Shown: piece by piece, positions 60,117-64,000 of the stretch
Layout of the letters: every line of letters starts with the position of its first letter
Numbering within the stretch: the stretch's first letter is position 1
NCBI RefSeq assembly: GCF_006345805.1
Contig: NC_043000.1
Coordinates: 7,192,001-7,256,000, forward strand
Direction: 5' to 3'
Source: Octopus sinensis
Lineage: Eukaryota
DNA length: 64,000 nt
Notes under the pieces: model-generated
Told to the model about the DNA's origin: nothing
Databases searched by the model: none
Seen by the model: only the letters and a program-made list of their open reading frames with translations
Program-made: the position numbers and the translations under genes

Positions 60117-62763
60117 TTGTAATGTACATATGTGTGTATTGTCGCCCACTTGATTTTATTTTTGACACAAGTGTAAGAAGACTGATAATTTATCATATTT
60201 CTTAAGAAGACAAGATGACCGGAATTTTTTTTATATTAGTCATAGTTGAAAATGTTGAATTTTGTTGGCAAATGTCAAGGTGAAAGTTAGGCGATAAAAT
60301 TTGATATAAATAAAAAAATTTTACAGAAGGTCTGTCTGTACCAGCGTAGAAATCTGTGAATTATCTTTCCTGTTAATCCTGTTAAATCCTGATCAATCTA
60401 GTTTAAACAATTGTTTTGTTTTTGGTCAGCTTTCAACTGTTTATTGTAAATGAATATAAGTGTAGACAGAATGAAGTAATTGTTTAATGATGTTGTTATG
60501 GTTTTAGTGCTTCTTTCTCTCCCCGTCCGTCTCTGTTTTGGGAAAGTGGTTATTTTATACGTTTCTGACTAAATCCTTTTGTACATTGCCTTTGTGTGTG
60601 ATTCTTATGTTTACTAATTGCTCCTTGCCACTGTGCAAATTGTACTCAACCGAAATGGGTTTATGAGACACGATGAAGTAGTGTAGGTCCGTGCGTGTGT
60701 GTGTTAATAATCCTCAAAAGGTAGTGTGACTTTAGGACTTAGAGTTTCGTGCGTTGCCACTTATCAATAAGTGTCAACACGCGAAACTCTAATACCGATC
60801 ATTAATATATATATAAAAAAAAAAACAAGCACGCACTTATATACACATTTTGAGTTTTATTTTTCCTGTTTGCATCACCGACCACACACACATATATTGC
60901 CTTGTGTTATTCACAAAAATTATTATTTAGAAATATATTTGTAAATTCCCTTTTTTTTTGCTTTTGTGACAATTATTGAATAGTTGAGCCAAGAATACGT
61001 TTTAAATTTGTGTTTGTAAACAGCTGGACTCTATTTACCGTCCATGTTGCTTGCAGTAAAAACATTTTTAGGTTTGTTCATTGACTGGCATTCACGTCTA
61101 TCGTTTTTGTTCCTTAAATACATTATTTTAATAATACCATTTAGGCGTTAATGCAAATAAAATATTTCAGTGTAAGTAAAATTGACTTTATAACTGGATT
61201 TCAAATATATTTCCACGTCACTAATGGCTTTTTAATTTAGTTTTTGTGTTGGATGCCATTAAGTACTTCCGTATAAGTTATTTTTTCCCGTTTGCCTCAG
61301 ATAGTTTGCAAGATACCAGATGTTATGACATAATAATATTATTACGACATTGCAAGTGCACTCCACCGTCTGAGAGAGAGAGACCAGCAATTAGCTTTCT
61401 TCTGCGATTGTTTACCAACATTGCTTGTTTGTTTTGGTCAGTCTTTTACTTAAATATTGATTTTTATTAACGTTAGCATTTCATCTTAACAAAAGCCTAC
61501 CTAATGCTAAATAATTTCAGATACCGGGTGTGGAAATGGTATTTTAAAATACTCTTAAAATAGGAAGGAAAGAGAGATGAATTCTGTCGTTAGCTGTAAT
61601 TATAATAGCAGACAGGTTAATCTATAATATAATCAACCAGTCTTGTGAATCATCCTTTTGGTATAGGTATATGAAGGTTTTAAAAGAAGATTTTATGGCT
61701 AGTTATTTTCACTTTAAAAGCGTTAAAAGATTGAATGTGAAAATAAATCTTTTGGATAAACTTCGAAAGATTTTACTATATTAGTTCACTATTAAAAATT
61801 CTTCCGAAAGTGTCTTGTCCATATTTTATTTGGAGACCGGCTGAACTATTATCTGTTTATTTATCTTATGTGAAAATTCAATCAATATTTGTCCTTGAGT
61901 ATTTCTTACGGAAATATTAAGTCCTTGTGTTGATGACTTAGTGAGTTCATAGTAACGCCAGTCATTGTATTAATTAGGTTATACAGATAAGTTTGTATTC
62001 TCACCTGCTTAAACGTACTAGAGGGACCACTACCTGTTCACAGTCAAGATAACTTGTGAATACGTGTTGAGAGCTAGTTCAGACAAATTTACACAAATGA
62101 GGTCCTCTTTTTTTAACCTTAGACTGGACATGCTTTCATGAATGATTGGAAACAGATGGCATCACTCACATGACGGTGTTGTTCGGCTACAAGACAACAC
62201 ATGAACCCACGCACACACGAGCTTATTCAAAGCGTTGGCCAGTTGGGGCAGTAACAGAAGATACATACTTAAAGTATCAAACAGTGGCACTGAACCACAA
62301 ACTATTGTGTGTGTGCATTTGATAAATTAAACAACAACACTCTCTTGCCTGAAAATTCTGATATAAGAGTTTATTAGTTTCTGATTTTGTCAGTTTGGGA
62401 CTACAAAGAAAGATGTGTTGCTTAAACTTAAGAAAAATAGAAAACAACTGTTTTTAGTAAGACTATTTGGAAATTTAGTAGTTACTAATACAGATCATTA
62501 TCATTTGAACATCCACTTTTCATGCATGTTTCGGATGAATTTGTTGAGGTGGATTCTCCATGGCTGTTCCTGTTATCAACTATCACCTATTTCCAAGTAA
62601 GGTAATATTTCCCCCATGACCAGACATATTCAGAGGATTGGAAGCAAAGGAGACTGCTTTCATGGCACAACTTACCACACAGCCTTGCCTGATCAGTGTC
62701 ACATTGTATTTTTCATATTTTAAAGGCAAGGTCTGTGTTGCTATTTCTTGCAATTTTATGTAA

Positions 62764-62973
62764 CCCTTTGCCATTTAGATAACTTTGTCAAATGTACAAC
62801 TTATCTATGTACATCATTTTGAATTAATCTTGTATCTTTGACATTTTGATGATATGATTATATATTTTTAGAATGACATTGTAGCATAGGTATGAGAAGC
62901 TAGATCCGGTCAGTTTGGACATAAAACTGGTGGAATATTTGAGCTGGATGAGGCCAGTTTAAATGCTAAAGGG
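62764..62973. mobile_element. piggyBac-like MITE, second family
   Basis: GTAA|CCCTTTGCCATTTA ... TAAATGCTAAAGGG|TTAA. Confidence 0.8.
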
Positions 62974-64000
62974 TTAAACAAGGCTCTTGTTTAAATGCCA
63001 AGTGGGATAGTTTATTTCATTGCATTTAATTTTTTTTATGACCTAAAATCAGACATATTAAAACTCATTGATTCACATGATCGTTTTAGATTTGTGTTTC
63101 AATATAATAGTGAAATTGTTGATAAAGTTTATTATTTGTTTCACTCCAGGAGCATTTTGGACACAGATAGTCTCTCTTCTTTTTGAGGTGTAATATTCCA
63201 ACTTTACTCAGGGAAGGTTTAATTGTAGAGCCAATCGATATCAAAAAGATATATTCCCATTGATAGGGTAGTCTTTAAGATCTCATTGAAAAGGTTATTA
63301 TCTTTGATAAAACATTTCTCAGGTTGTTTGACACTGGCTCCAAGTTAATAAATATTAATTCTACTTATTGCTTCTTTTATTCTTCACTGTGTGGTTGGTA
63401 TACATCAATGTGGTAGTAACTTATCATTGAATGTCTGCTTTCCATGCTGGCATGGGTTGGATGGCCTGGCAGTAACTGGCAAGGCCAGTTCCATAGTGTT
63501 TGTATTGGCTTTGTTTCTATGGCTGGGTGCTCTTCCTAATACCAACCACTTTATAGAGTGTGCTGGGTATTTTTTATGTGACACCAGCACCCATACCAAT
63601 GCTTTTTATGTGTCACCTTGGTTTTAGGACCTCGATTCTGTTGTGGTGGGTGGGTCTTCTTGGGTACAGCATGCAGCACAATTTCAGTGATGGAGGTGTT
63701 TGTTTTCAAAGATAAGTATGAGCATGACATATCATCTCTATAGATTTAAGGCTTTAGAATTTTTCAAAGTCATCCTTTTATCGCTTGGATGGACAGTCAT
63801 TTAATTCACCAAGCATGAAAGAGGGGAGCTTAGTATGAATGACTTTGGAGTAGCTTTTATAGTAGACTAGACTAGATTAGGAAGTCAGTAGAGAGTTACT
63901 GCTGATGTGTGTTGTTCGGACATGTGAAAAAAGTGATTGCATTCATTGGATAGTTTTAATGATTATAAAACATCCAACTACTGCAGGTGTGAAGTTAATG

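Noticed and set aside
55414-64000. HSF exon 2 (expected G.SF...DQ..FAK..LP.YFKHNN)
   Set aside because: No such coding segment was found; it presumably lies beyond the window.

Overview
AT-rich, repeat-dense eukaryotic genomic DNA. The repeat families suggest a coleoid cephalopod, probably Octopus; this is inferred from sequence recognition, not from a database search. None of the three host genes is correctly predicted by the ORF track; I assembled them by hand from splice sites. (1) uri1, the unconventional prefoldin RPB5 interactor, on the - strand: four coding exons at 17213-7149 with consistent phases, continuing off the left edge. (2) A complete 9-exon mrpl3 on the + strand (22486-44793, 1122 nt CDS, 373 aa), head-to-head with uri1; its first intron most likely uses a GC donor. 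(3) The first coding exon of a heat shock factor gene (+, 55294-55413), followed by an intron of more than 8.5 kb. The only long ORF (2155-4680) is a young, 5'-truncated RTE-clade LINE with a PHD-like finger inside the RT region. The rest is mostly tRNA-derived SINEs, RTE 3' fragments, piggyBac/mariner/hAT MITEs, Penelope-like and Gypsy relics, and microsatellites; almost all other ORF-track entries are repeat noise. The most notable observations are: a hairpin core motif amplified into arrays of different periods in RTE 3' UTRs, together with chimeric copies that suggest template jumping; a phased heat-shock-element array upstream of the hsf gene; candidate microexon, poison exon and miRNA-like hairpin in hsf intron 1; and a duplicated, gutted uri1 exon. 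Repeat boundaries are approximate (about +/-20 bp). No expression or database evidence was available.
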